53,003 nt of DNA, taken from the IMG/VR virus record IMGVR_UViG_3300012009_000060, positions 1 to 53,003 of that record; one strand, written 5' to 3'. The first letter of the stretch is position 1. Every line of letters begins with the position of its first letter. Made by a program: the position numbers and the translations under genes. Of this stretch, positions 8,579 through 18,444 are shown piece after piece. The stretch is from a virus. Lineage: Duplodnaviria > Caudoviricetes. The notes under the pieces are model-generated. The model was not told where the DNA came from, did not search any database, and saw only the letters and a list, made by a program, of their open reading frames with translations.

Positions 8579-10996
8579 TCAGTACGGCGGGGGGAAGAGG
8601 GGACGGAGTTCGTCGGTGCCGGTGGCATCGTCCGGATCGGCCGTGGTATTTACCCGCAGCTGGTGGTACCAGGTACCGTCCGAGTAGCGGGCGTATAGTG
8701 CTCTGCGGATCGACTCGCGCGCAGTGAACGAAAACGTCGAGCCGTCACCCGTGGTGACGCCGTCCTGTGCTTCGTCGGCACTCAGGAAGCCAAACGCATC
8801 GGCTTCGAATTGCATGCCGGCGAGGTAGAAGCTGTCGCCAACCGCGAGGACTTCCTCCGCGTCGGAGTCGCTGGGCAAGCCAACGGCGGCCTCGTCGTGC
8901 AGCGTCCACCCCGTAGGATCGCCGATGGCGTCCTGGGTGAATATCCACGCATACACTTCAAACGGAGAACGTACCGCCACGCTTCCTAATGTGCGCCCGT
9001 CGGCCTTCCGCACCGCCACATATTGTGCGGTCGCAGTGCCCCCGGTGTCCGGGTCTTCAGCCTGAATCTCGCCAGCTGCCCCGGTGTAGGGCGTTACTAG
9101 GTAAGTGCCCCCCTGGAAATAAACATTCCCCGCTGCATCAGGAACCCCTACCGGGTCGAACACCAGGCCGAAAGCCTGCCGGTAGTACCCACGCAGCGTT
9201 GTGGGGTCGGCAGTATCCACTACATACGTGGTATCTGTATCTCCGAGCGACCGACCCCGGAAAATCAAGTACCCATCGTGCGTTTCGGCTAAGAGCACAA
9301 AGCTATCAAACACGTCGTCGGACTCGCGGGGGAATTCTACCGTGCCCAAAAGGGTCCAGTCGTCTTCGGTAAGCCCGTAAGTGCTGTTGCGGTAGAAACG
9401 CACGCGGTATACATCGTCGCCACCTTCTGTGGTAACGTTCTCGCCGCTGCTGTGGGCCATGGCCCCGCGAGTCGTGCCAAAAAACTTGTACCCTCCTGCG
9501 TCAGCGGGGCGTTCAAACCGTGCGGTGGTAAGGCCGTTGAAGTAGAACAAGTCTTCTGCGCTGCTCGCTGCCACAATGAAATCGTACGGGGGCTTCCCGT
9601 CCACCGGCGCGTCGGGGACAACCTCTGGATCACCGTTGGCCCGCACGATAGTCCGCTGAATGCGGAAAGCGTCGGCCTGGCGGGTGCTCTCCCACCCTGA
9701 ATCGCTCACTGCTGCCAGTGAATTGGTGCTGGACGATGAGGTAATTTCCCATCCCTCCGCGCCCCACTCGGCCGTGTACACGGATAAGATACGGAAATCG
9801 TCGCCTACCGAATGCGTCTGCTCGCTCTGGAGGCTCTCTGGCATGATGCGGCTTACCGCGCCCACCTGCGGATGGCAAATGGCATGGCCGCCGTCCACCC
9901 GCCGGTAGAAGGTGCGCGGCAGCCAGATACTGGGCACCGGTAAGTCGGTGTTGGGCCCGTCGGTGTGCCGAATAATGGCGCCCGTTTCATCCCGATCGGC
10001 ATTGCGCAGCGTGAAGGCCTGCGGGTCGTACCGGGCTTGTGAGCTGCGCGCGCTGTCCGCACCCGCCAGCGCGAACTCTTGCACCAGGTTGAAGAACGGC
10101 CCCGGCAGCACCACATCAGTGTCCACCGGCGCGGCCTCCGACGTCAGGTAGCGGGCTTGCCGTAGCGCGTTGAAGGGCTGGAAGGCGTCCTTCATGTTGG
10201 GCACGTCAAACTCTGCCGTCTGGCGCCGGACTACCAGCTCCCCGCTGTCAAGCGAGCGCCGGACGGTGTACGCGCGCGCTTTCGCGTCGGCGCTGAACAC
10301 CGTAGCTTGATAGGTCACAGACGCGGCCGTGACCGCCATCTCCAACCACACGCCCGTGGCATCCTGATGGGTAACCTGGAAATCCGTTTGCGCGGTCGTG
10401 CCGGCAGCATCCAGCTCCACCACGGCCACAATGCCGGCCCCGGCTACTACTACGGACCGGTACCCGGAAGAGACCTCAGGGACGGTTACTACCTGCCCGC
10501 CGGGTACCTGAACCGTTTCCACCAGCTCAGCTTCCAAGTCGTTCTCTCGGATCTGCAGCGCCCCGTCGCACAGCACAAAAAGGTGCGTGCTGTCAGAAGC
10601 AAGATCCTGGACCTGGGCGGCAAGCTCGTGAAGCGCAATCTGTTTCGGGGCGGCAAACCGCACAATGTCCGTCAACACCAGCCGGTTCTCTGCCGCTGCC
10701 CACATGCTTCGGCTGCCCGGGCCGTTGGCCCACGCCCGGGCCTCCAACAGCGCATCGTCCAAGTAGTAGGCAAAGCCTGGCCGGTATGCCAGGTAGAGCG
10801 CCGACAGCTCAAGCGACGCGCTGATGTTGTCCATCGTCGCGGTGATCGTCAGCCCAGACGTTGCTGTGTACGCGAGCGTTACCGTGGCGGTGATCTCGTC
10901 CATTACGGCCGCGACGCGCAACTGCGAAGCCACATCCCCGAAGGCAATGCTGGCTTCGATTGGCTCCATCGCTGCCGTAATAGACAGGCCCGTCAT
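8579..10996 (-). CDS. tail-associated virion protein, 805 aa
   Basis: Three N-terminal repeats (LSITAAMEPIEASI-like), beta-rich body, located among tail genes. Confidence 0.55.
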   Translation of the reverse strand: MTGLSITAAMEPIEASIAFGDVASQLRVAAVMDEITATVTLAYTATSGLTITATMDNISASLELSALYLAYRPGFAYYLDDALLEARAWANGPGSRSMWAAAENRLVLTDIVRFAAPKQIALHELAAQVQDLASDSTHLFVLCDGALQIRENDLEAELVETVQVPGGQVVTVPEVSSGYRSVVVAGAGIVAVVELDAAGTTAQTDFQVTHQDATGVWLEMAVTAASVTYQATVFSADAKARAYTVRRSLDSGELVVRRQTAEFDVPNMKDAFQPFNALRQARYLTSEAAPVDTDVVLPGPFFNLVQEFALAGADSARSSQARYDPQAFTLRNADRDETGAIIRHTDGPNTDLPVPSIWLPRTFYRRVDGGHAICHPQVGAVSRIMPESLQSEQTHSVGDDFRILSVYTAEWGAEGWEITSSSSTNSLAAVSDSGWESTRQADAFRIQRTIVRANGDPEVVPDAPVDGKPPYDFIVAASSAEDLFYFNGLTTARFERPADAGGYKFFGTTRGAMAHSSGENVTTEGGDDVYRVRFYRNSTYGLTEDDWTLLGTVEFPRESDDVFDSFVLLAETHDGYLIFRGRSLGDTDTTYVVDTADPTTLRGYYRQAFGLVFDPVGVPDAAGNVYFQGGTYLVTPYTGAAGEIQAEDPDTGGTATAQYVAVRKADGRTLGSVAVRSPFEVYAWIFTQDAIGDPTGWTLHDEAAVGLPSDSDAEEVLAVGDSFYLAGMQFEADAFGFLSADEAQDGVTTGDGSTFSFTARESIRRALYARYSDGTWYHQLRVNTTADPDDATGTDELRPLFPPPY

Positions 10997-10997
10997 G

Positions 10998-11390
10998 CTA
11001 CGTCGCTCCGGGCGCCGTCATGCTGAAAGCGGTCAATTCCACAAAGCCGCCGGCCGATAGCGCGGTGCTGTCAATCAACGCATCCGCACCACTGCCAGCA
11101 ACACCTACTGAGCCTTGGATGACGGTGTCTTCGTCCTTGTCCACCGCAACAAACTTGGCAGCCGTCCCGCTGGTGCTTACAGTTGCGGTGATGGGAAGCC
11201 CGCTCGCCGCAACAGCCCCGGCAGAGGCCGCGGGAAAAGCTGGATCCGATAGCTCCAAAGTCGCCAACGTGGTGCCACCTGCGGTCTGGATCCACATGCG
11301 GGCCGAACTGTTGGTTGCCCCATCGTCGAGGTTGTCCACCAGCCCGTCCAGGATGTCGTTGCGGGCGTCGGCCGAGTAGGTCAGGGCCAT
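10998..11390 (-). CDS. small virion structural protein, 130 aa
   Basis: A/G/T/S-rich beta protein (LSDPAFPAAS, GSVGVAGSGAD) with GGAGG RBS. Confidence 0.55.
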   Translation of the reverse strand: MALTYSADARNDILDGLVDNLDDGATNSSARMWIQTAGGTTLATLELSDPAFPAASAGAVAASGLPITATVSTSGTAAKFVAVDKDEDTVIQGSVGVAGSGADALIDSTALSAGGFVELTAFSMTAPGAT

Positions 11391-11399
11391 GGAAGCCTC

Positions 11400-12155
11400 C
11401 TAATATCGAGGGTCGAAAGGATCGAAATCTGGCCAGAAGTTCCCGTGGTAGCGGCCGCCCTGGCGGCTGCCGTAGGACTGGAAGCGCCGGCTACGTTCGG
11501 GGCCAATCTGGATGATCTCCCCATCGCTCTGGGCCGCGCGCAGGTTGCGCAGATGCCGTTCGTAGAGCGCTATCGCTTCCGGCTTGCCGGGTTTCCCCAT
11601 CGCTCCCTTGCCAATGACTTCCGCGCCCAGCAGCAGCGCTTCGTCGTCCACGTTGGCGCGGTCCCCGTTCTCCCGCGGTTCGCGAGGAAGCGCTTTCCCG
11701 TATATCACCATCGTGGGGTAGGTCGAAGTGTCCGGGGCCGGGTACAGCGAAAGGACTCCGTTCTCAACAAGCCAACGCAAGGGCAGGGAAGCCGCGTTCT
11801 CGTCAACAGAGCCGCCGCGATCCACCCGGAAGGCGGACCGCTCGTAGGAGTTCACGCCGGGGTGGAGCGGGTACTCCCGGTTTTCGGTGTTCTGAACCGT
11901 GATCTGCGAGATGTTGCCGACGTCGATGTCATCGGGCACGTCGTAGGCGTGCTGCGCATTGACAAGCGCGATCTCACGGCGCACAACCAGGATCGCCCAG
12001 TCAGCGTCCCGGACCAGGATATGAAACGCGGAACGCAAGTACTCGCTCAGCAGCTCGCGCACCGACGCGCTGGTTTCCGCCTGCGCCCCCAGCTCCAGGC
12101 GCACAGCCAGCCGGCGGCGAACATCCTGGAACGTGGAGGACAGGGGAAGGGCCAT
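11400..12155 (-). CDS. head-tail adaptor / tail tubular protein A-like
   Basis: Size, position after the capsid gene, and Y.VP.D and LYPAPD motifs. Confidence 0.55.
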   Translation of the reverse strand: MALPLSSTFQDVRRRLAVRLELGAQAETSASVRELLSEYLRSAFHILVRDADWAILVVRREIALVNAQHAYDVPDDIDVGNISQITVQNTENREYPLHPGVNSYERSAFRVDRGGSVDENAASLPLRWLVENGVLSLYPAPDTSTYPTMVIYGKALPREPRENGDRANVDDEALLLGAEVIGKGAMGKPGKPEAIALYERHLRNLRAAQSDGEIIQIGPERSRRFQSYGSRQGGRYHGNFWPDFDPFDPRY

Positions 12156-12157
12156 GC

Positions 12158-12922
12158 TTACACCTCGTCGCCGTCAGGGCCAGGGCCCGGGCCCGGGCCC
12201 GGGTCGCGCGCATCGAGCGCACTCTCGCTAATGGCCAACGCCGTGGTCTTACCCACGCGCGGCAACGTCATCAGCTCTTCGATGTCGGCCGCGGCCACAT
12301 CTTCCACAGTACGCAACCCCATATGGTAGAGCGTGCGCGCCCGGACCGTGTCAACCGCCACCAGAGCGCACAGCGCATCCTCTGCGTCTTCAGGTATCGG
12401 GTCCGGATCTGCGGAGTCGTCCGGTTTCTTCGCGGGTTCGGCGGGTTCCGCGGCTTGCGCTTCCAGATACTCGCGTTCCCCTGCAGTCAGCTCGACGCAG
12501 ACCTCGTCTTCTGCGGTGCCCGGATCCGGGAACGTGACTTCCTGCTCAAACAGGGCCGCGCAGTCGCGGCGGAAGATTTCTTCGAACTCGCCCGCGCGGT
12601 ACGCCATGTCAAAGGGGAACTGCTTGGTCTCGGGATGCGTCTTGTACGACGACTTGAGGCGGTTTTCCTCTAGCGCCATAACTTGCGAAGCTGAATCGGC
12701 TTCGTAGGTTCGGGAGCGCAAATCCGCGAAGGGATCACGCGACGCCACCGGCTTGGCCGGGAACGGCATCACTTTGATGGTGCGGCTTTCCCCGCGAACG
12801 TTGCTGTGTGCACTCCGCATGACAGCAACTTCATACCTGGGGACTAGCTTAGTGAATTCTGCATGCCGGCCGCTGGGGCTTTCGATGAGGGCACGCACGT
12901 GGGGAATCCGGAATATGGGCAA
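12158..12922 (-). CDS. protein with C-terminal helix-hairpin-helix DNA-binding domain
   Basis: LYHMGLRTVEDVAAADIEELMTLPRVGKTTA fits the HhH pattern; TTG start with GGAGGA RBS. Confidence 0.6.
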   Translation of the reverse strand: MPIFRIPHVRALIESPSGRHAEFTKLVPRYEVAVMRSAHSNVRGESRTIKVMPFPAKPVASRDPFADLRSRTYEADSASQVMALEENRLKSSYKTHPETKQFPFDMAYRAGEFEEIFRRDCAALFEQEVTFPDPGTAEDEVCVELTAGEREYLEAQAAEPAEPAKKPDDSADPDPIPEDAEDALCALVAVDTVRARTLYHMGLRTVEDVAAADIEELMTLPRVGKTTALAISESALDARDPGPGPGPGPDGDEV

Positions 12923-12946
12923 AGATAATCCTCCTGGGTAGAGGGT

Positions 12947-12970
12947 AAAACGCCCCGCTTGCGCGGGGCG
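12947..12970 (-). terminator. rho-independent terminator after the major capsid gene
   Basis: Minus strand reads CGCCCCGC-GCAA-GCGGGGCG-TTTT. Confidence 0.7.
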
Positions 12971-13013
12971 CCCGAAGCGGGGAGACTACCCAGATGCCTC
13001 CCCGCTCCGAAAC

Positions 13014-14105
13014 TTACGAAGCGACAGTGTTGACGAACTGGGCGCGGGGGAACCGGCAGGCCAGCACGTACCGGCCGTCCAGGCTCAGACGGGTGAGACG
13101 CTGATCGCCCGGGTCGGGCGGAGCGCTGAACACCTTGTCCTTGCCGTGCTGGTAGGACAGCTCCCAGGCCTTGCTGGACAGGAAGTAGGCCCGCCGGGAC
13201 CATGGGGTCCCCGAGTATGCGCCGAGCGCGTCCAGAACCGAGAAGGTCGGAACGCGGACCACCGGGATGTTGTTAAAAGCTACCCCGGAATCCGGGATGC
13301 CCATATCCACTTTGGTGGGGCTGCCAGCCTGCGTCTGGTAACGCAAGCCGTTTGCAACGGCGAACTTCACGTACCGGTCAATCCACCCGTCACCAGCGAA
13401 GATGGTATCGATGCGGTATCCTCGCGACCCGCCCCAAGTTTCCGCTTGCCGGATGCCATGGTTACAGTCCCGCTCAATAGTGCCAGCGGCGGCATACGTG
13501 GAACCCGTGGCCACGTAGTGGCGGAACTGCACATCCGCGCGGCTCTGGCCGCCGATCGTGCCGGAAGTGTTATCCAGCGGCAGCAGAGCATCCATGCCGT
13601 CCGGTGCGCCGGTCGCACTGGTACCGTCACGCCAGTACAACTGATCGTACCGCTCGTCGTACGAGTGCATCATGTCTTCGATTTGCTCTTTGAAGTAATC
13701 GACCAGGATGTCACCCGCAGCCTTCGGGATGCGCGACGGGAAGTCCCGACCACGAGCGCTGTTGGGGACAACCGTAAAGCCACGGTCCTCAATGTCGCTG
13801 TGATACACCTTCAAGCCCATATGGGCCTTGTGCGGGCTCCAATACATCTCGTTGTCGAGAAAGGTCTCGTTGAAATCCAGAACGTCGCCTCGGTCGAAGA
13901 ACTGAAGGTCAAGGCCTCCGTTCTCCGCCAGTTTCTGGATGTACTTGCCCTGGGTGAAGGTCCTGGCGCGCTTCCGCTTCTGTAACCAGGAAAGGAGGGG
14001 CATCCCGTATCGATCGAAGTGATCGGGATTCATTTTGTTGACGACTTCGGCGTGGGCCGCGTAGATCGAAGCGCTCAAGGCGCGGGAGGGGACTTCAGCT
14101 ACCAT
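13014..14105 (-). CDS. major capsid protein, 363 aa
   Basis: Size, portal-scaffold-capsid synteny, downstream terminator, GMDALL...GTIGGQSR motif; no direct homology check. Confidence 0.7.
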   Translation of the reverse strand: MVAEVPSRALSASIYAAHAEVVNKMNPDHFDRYGMPLLSWLQKRKRARTFTQGKYIQKLAENGGLDLQFFDRGDVLDFNETFLDNEMYWSPHKAHMGLKVYHSDIEDRGFTVVPNSARGRDFPSRIPKAAGDILVDYFKEQIEDMMHSYDERYDQLYWRDGTSATGAPDGMDALLPLDNTSGTIGGQSRADVQFRHYVATGSTYAAAGTIERDCNHGIRQAETWGGSRGYRIDTIFAGDGWIDRYVKFAVANGLRYQTQAGSPTKVDMGIPDSGVAFNNIPVVRVPTFSVLDALGAYSGTPWSRRAYFLSSKAWELSYQHGKDKVFSAPPDPGDQRLTRLSLDGRYVLACRFPRAQFVNTVAS

Positions 14106-14114
14106 GGTAGGTCC

Positions 14115-15317
14115 TTACGTTGTGAACCGCCGGTGAAAAGCCGCGCGGGGGTCTTTGGAAGTGGAAGAAGGCGAGGGCGCCGACGCTCCGCGTCCGAGTT
14201 CCTGGGACCCCTTGGATACCGTCCGTCGTTTACTTTTCGCCAGGTGCTCTTTCTCAATCTCTTTGGCCACTTGCGCGTAGCGCTGGGGCCACAATTGAGG
14301 GGCAACCTTGCCCACCTTGGCATTCTCCAGGATCATCTGATCCCGGATTCGTCGTTTCATTGCCGGCCATTCCTTTTCCCCGTGCCGCTCAGCCAGGCGG
14401 TCTTCCATCTCCACGATGGTGCGAAGCGCAGCTTGCTCGACGAGCTGCGTATTGGCTTCTTGCGGGGGTGCCGGGGTGGCCGGGGCCGGGGCGGGAGGTG
14501 CAGCAGGGGCAGGAGTGCCTGCGTCTTCTGGTGCTGGCACAGCCTGCTTGATCTTTTGGATGATCTCGCGCGCTTCCTCGCGAGAAAGGGCCAAGTCGGT
14601 CACCATGGCATTTAGGTGATCTACCACCGGGTCAAGCTTCAGGGCCTGAGCCGGGGCCTGAGCCGGTGCGGTCAGGGCCACTCCAAGCGCCTTCGCGCGT
14701 TCGAGGACCGCGGTAGCGGCTTCCGCCTCGCCCGTCTGCATGCGCAGCCCCAGGTCTACCCATTCGGATAGCGCTTCGGGGGTCATGCGTGCCCGCTTAG
14801 CGTTTTCGAGCACGTGCTGCGCCCAGTTCGTCACCGGTTCCGCAGCTTCCTTCTCGCGAAGCAAGCGTTTGGTGTACTTTTGGTTCCGGGTTATGAACTC
14901 TTGCGTGCTCTTCGGGAGTTTCTTCCATTCCCGGCTTGGCAGCCCCTTCTTGGGGTTGTAATCCTCCGGGATGCCGTCGTCTTCGGGGGCTTCCACCAGG
15001 TCCGACAGGTCGGTGGCCTCGTCATCGCCAGGCTCTGCATCGTCAGGCTCTGCATCGTCAGGCTCTGCATCGTCAGGCTCTGCATCGTCAGGCTCTTCAC
15101 CATCAGCCTCTTCAGGCTCTTCACCATCAGCCTCTTCAGGCTCTTCACCGTCGGGGGCCATCGGTTCCGGCTTTTCCGAAAACTCAGAATGGAACGCGTC
15201 CCGCGGGTTGGTATCAGGGTCCACAGTATCGGAGGGCGTCAAAGAATCAGCGTCTGCGGACTCCGCGTGGGCCTCTGGATCGTCGGTTCCGCCACTAGCG
15301 GTAGACTTGTCGGTCAT
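14115..15317 (-). CDS. capsid scaffolding protein, 400 aa
   Basis: Highly acidic disordered N-terminus, WKKLP motif, helical body; between portal and capsid genes. Confidence 0.65.
   Translation of the reverse strand: MTDKSTASGGTDDPEAHAESADADSLTPSDTVDPDTNPRDAFHSEFSEKPEPMAPDGEEPEEADGEEPEEADGEEPDDAEPDDAEPDDAEPDDAEPGDDEATDLSDLVEAPEDDGIPEDYNPKKGLPSREWKKLPKSTQEFITRNQKYTKRLLREKEAAEPVTNWAQHVLENAKRARMTPEALSEWVDLGLRMQTGEAEAATAVLERAKALGVALTAPAQAPAQALKLDPVVDHLNAMVTDLALSREEAREIIQKIKQAVPAPEDAGTPAPAAPPAPAPATPAPPQEANTQLVEQAALRTIVEMEDRLAERHGEKEWPAMKRRIRDQMILENAKVGKVAPQLWPQRYAQVAKEIEKEHLAKSKRRTVSKGSQELGRGASAPSPSSTSKDPRAAFHRRFTT
15029..15149. repeat. in-frame VNTR in the scaffold gene (15 bp x4, 24 bp x2.5)
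   Basis: CAGGCTCTGCATCGT x4 then CAGGCTCTTCACCATCAGCCTCTT x2.5; encodes EPDDA and EEPEEADG repeats. Confidence 0.9.
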
Positions 15318-15353
15318 AGTAAAAGATCTCCTGTCTGGGTCAAGAGGATAATG

Positions 15354-17471
15354 CTATTCGAGCTGAGGGCGGTTGGGCACGCTCTCAGGCGCCGGCACTT
15401 CCGGCTTTTCTGCGGTTGGCGGTCGGCCCCCTTCGGCACCGCGGCCGCCCTGGTCGCCGGGATCCGGCGGCGGGTTGTTGGTTGGGGTAGTGCCGGGGTC
15501 TTCCGGCATCATCAATGCGGCCACGTCCACGAAGGAACCGAGGTTTGCGCGCAAGCGCATCCGGCGCAGGAACTCGATGGCAAGCGCCAGGCGGTTAAGC
15601 GGAAGCCCGAGCTGCGCGATTACCCCTGCCATTTCCTTCCAGCTGTTGATCTCAGCCTTGCGGGCCGCCTCCCCGTTGGGGACGGATTCGACGGTAATCC
15701 GGTAGTTCCGGAGTACCTCCAGCCGTTCATCCGGACTCGTTAACCACGGCGCCCCGGGGCCCGCAAGGGCCCGGGCGTTGGCTTCGGGCATGCGCTGGGC
15801 CGTGATTTCCATCATGATTTGGTAGACCCGGGCCAACATCTCGTCGATGTGGTCCGTTCGGCTGTCGTTCTGCGTGGCATTGGCTTGGTTGGCTACCGCT
15901 ACCTCTGTCGCCAGGTCCGCGCCCGAGGTAATCCCCATCGACGCCAACGGGGCCCCGCCCATCGCTTCGAAGTCACGGCGGGCCCCGCTACCCTCGTACA
16001 GGGCGGGGTTGAAGTTCCCAAAGGGGAGGGGGAAGATACTCTTCGCAATGTCGTTATGGCGTTCCGCTTCGATGATGGAATACGGAATAGGCCGCCGCAT
16101 CGCACGCTTTTCGGTGGGATTCAGCAGCCCCTTTTCGACCATGAATCGCGGGTAGCTGGACTTGCGCGCCTCACGTTCGTGAGTCCGCAGCATGTTCATC
16201 TCTTCCTGCAACGGGGCAAGAAGGTCCGAATCTGCGGGCCCTATCAGCTTCCCGGTTACCCGGTTGAACTGCAGCGCCACGAACGGGTAAAACTGTGTGG
16301 GGAACGCTTCGGGTTCGAAATCATCGAGCAAGCGGCGGGAGCCGGCGACCCACCGGTACACACGGCCAGCGGTCTTGTCCCAGTATTCCCAGACAGCGTG
16401 CAAGTCTCCCCGCGTGCTCGCCTCCAGGCCGCTAAATTGCTCGCGTTCGGTTTCACCGGCATACTGCGCCGGCTTCCCCTCCCCTTCCTGGTGCTGGGTG
16501 CGAGCCCCGATCAGCTCGTGAACGTCCTCATCGGAGAGATTCCACGTCTGGGCAATTTCCTCCGAGTACATCCAAACCCGTTGCGCCATCCAGGTTGCTT
16601 CGTAGAGGTCCTCCATGCGGGTGACGCCCCAGTCGTACCGCATATCCTCGCCGCACACCCGATCGAAGGCAAACGAACGGAAGAACGGGGCCAAGGCCGG
16701 CAATTCTTCTTCGGACAGCAATGCATCGCTCTGCAGGTCCTGCAACGCTTCCACACGCGGGTCAGGGTCACCGGTGGGCACTCCAAACGCGTCCACCTGC
16801 GGTTGAGGGGGCGTGGTGGCGATGTCGGCGCCTACCGCTTCCACCTTGTCGTCCTTGAGCTGGCGGTTCAGCGAATGCAGCTCGTAGAACCGCGCGTCAT
16901 CTTCGAAGAACACTCCGGCTTCAAAGTCGCGTTTGAGCGCCCGGTACCGGGCCACCGTCGTCTGCTTATCTGCACCCACCATTCGCACGCCCAGCGGGCT
17001 CCGTGCCGGGTCTTCGACCCACCGGACTTTGAGCCAAGTAATAGGCTCCGTCAAGGTGTCCTGGATCATCCCCCGGACTTTGCCCTTCAAGCCCCCGGCT
17101 TCCTGCAGCTTGTTGGCAATGATCTCGTGGGCCCGGATATTCTGCAACCATTCGCTGCTGTGATCGCCTTCGGCCGATTCAGGGCCCGGCATCCACTCGC
17201 TGGGCAGCATGCGGGGCGACGGGTCGCGAGGGGAAAGCGCCGCGGTGGCCGCGTACTGAGCCCGAAGCACGTAGTTTGCCGCCACCGTGTCCGGGGTATC
17301 GCGCACAGCGCCGAGGGTGTGCACATACTCCCGCTTGTCAGCCCACGTCTCCATCTCATCCCGGATGTCACCGGGGAAACGGACCGTGCTCTCCAGCTTC
17401 TCGATCATGCCAGCTGCGGCATCGTCGTCCTCGTCCCAGGCGTCTTCGGTGTCTTCGTCATCCAGGGGCAT
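15354..17471 (-). CDS. portal protein, 705 aa
   Basis: VWEYWDK, FYPFV and LAPLQEEMN motifs of podoviral/P22-type portals; Pro-rich C-terminus; synteny. Confidence 0.75.
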   Translation of the reverse strand: MPLDDEDTEDAWDEDDDAAAGMIEKLESTVRFPGDIRDEMETWADKREYVHTLGAVRDTPDTVAANYVLRAQYAATAALSPRDPSPRMLPSEWMPGPESAEGDHSSEWLQNIRAHEIIANKLQEAGGLKGKVRGMIQDTLTEPITWLKVRWVEDPARSPLGVRMVGADKQTTVARYRALKRDFEAGVFFEDDARFYELHSLNRQLKDDKVEAVGADIATTPPQPQVDAFGVPTGDPDPRVEALQDLQSDALLSEEELPALAPFFRSFAFDRVCGEDMRYDWGVTRMEDLYEATWMAQRVWMYSEEIAQTWNLSDEDVHELIGARTQHQEGEGKPAQYAGETEREQFSGLEASTRGDLHAVWEYWDKTAGRVYRWVAGSRRLLDDFEPEAFPTQFYPFVALQFNRVTGKLIGPADSDLLAPLQEEMNMLRTHEREARKSSYPRFMVEKGLLNPTEKRAMRRPIPYSIIEAERHNDIAKSIFPLPFGNFNPALYEGSGARRDFEAMGGAPLASMGITSGADLATEVAVANQANATQNDSRTDHIDEMLARVYQIMMEITAQRMPEANARALAGPGAPWLTSPDERLEVLRNYRITVESVPNGEAARKAEINSWKEMAGVIAQLGLPLNRLALAIEFLRRMRLRANLGSFVDVAALMMPEDPGTTPTNNPPPDPGDQGGRGAEGGRPPTAEKPEVPAPESVPNRPQLE

Positions 17472-17871
17472 TGAGTTTTGCCTTTTCGCGGCGCACCGCG
17501 TCCTTCGTGGGGCGGTCCATGGCCTTCGACAACTCCTGGTACAGCTGCACCACCTGCGTTTCGTCTACGGAGTCAACATACGCGCTGACACCGCGCACAA
17601 TCTCGGCCAGCTGCTTGCGCCCCTGCTTACGCTGGCGTTGCGCGTACACGGCCCCGGCCCCACCGACCAAGGTGCCAACGCCGCCAACGAGTGCGCCAAT
17701 CCAGTTCCCCGACGCCGCGTTCCCGACTGCGGTGCTGATGGCGTCTTGCATTGGGCTGGTGCCAGTGTCTTCCCGTGTGTCCGTGAGCACACACCCGGCC
17801 GCGCACAGGAAGAGAAGGCCAATTACCCCAGCGGCAAAGATGCTGGACCACCGGAGTCGTGTGATATTCAC
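17458..17871 (-). CDS. predicted lipoprotein / membrane protein (possible lysis accessory)
   Basis: Signal peptide ending in a lipobox-like AAGC, then a Gly-rich hydrophobic segment and a basic helix. Confidence 0.5.
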   Translation of the reverse strand: MNITRLRWSSIFAAGVIGLLFLCAAGCVLTDTREDTGTSPMQDAISTAVGNAASGNWIGALVGGVGTLVGGAGAVYAQRQRKQGRKQLAEIVRGVSAYVDSVDETQVVQLYQELSKAMDRPTKDAVRREKAKLNAPG

Positions 17872-18065
17872 GACCGAGGTCCCTTTTTGGACGCGGGTTT
17901 CTTGGCGGCAGGCGTCGCGGGCGTCTCGGGCGCGGAGCCCGGAACCGGTTGCAGACGGGACACCACGTGCCGCAGGGCGGTTTCCGCGTGGGTCCGGCCC
18001 TCACGGGTGAGGTGGCACGCCGCGACACATTGGTCCAGAGCGGTAAGGGCTTGCAGGTCGTTCAT
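17868..18065 (-). CDS. hypothetical protein, 65 aa (possible fibre chaperone)
   Basis: AGGAGG RBS; GTGA coupling with the downstream gene. Confidence 0.5.
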   Translation of the reverse strand: MNDLQALTALDQCVAACHLTREGRTHAETALRHVVSRLQPVPGSAPETPATPAAKKPASKKGPRS

Positions 18066-18091
18066 GTTTTCCTCCTAGGTATAGGTATGGG

Positions 18092-18409
18092 CTACAACAC
18101 AGCCTTAAATTTCACGATTTCCTTGCCCATTTCAATGAGCAAATCCCGCACTTGTCCGGGGGTGATAGTGACACCGACGGTGGCGGCAGCGGCGGTCACT
18201 ACTTGGACCAGGTCGTTTGTCTCGTCGTTGTCCAGGTCGCCGGACGTGAGCTTGACCTTGTTCCGGCCCCGAACTTTGCCATACGAGTGCTGCCCGACGG
18301 AATGCAGGGTGACCCCGCCGCCAGCCAGGCCGTCGACGATGAGGGCGTGGATGTCAGCGTCGTAGGTGGTGCCGTCAACGGTGTACTGATACTCGGTAGA
18401 GACTGTCAT
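18092..18409 (-). CDS. hypothetical protein, 105 aa (possible tail-fibre assembly factor)
   Basis: Clean ORF directly downstream of the fibre gene. Confidence 0.55.
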   Translation of the reverse strand: MTVSTEYQYTVDGTTYDADIHALIVDGLAGGGVTLHSVGQHSYGKVRGRNKVKLTSGDLDNDETNDLVQVVTAAAATVGVTITPGQVRDLLIEMGKEIVKFKAVL

Positions 18410-18444
18410 GTGTGTTTCTCGCTATGCTGAAATGGTTTGTTTGG

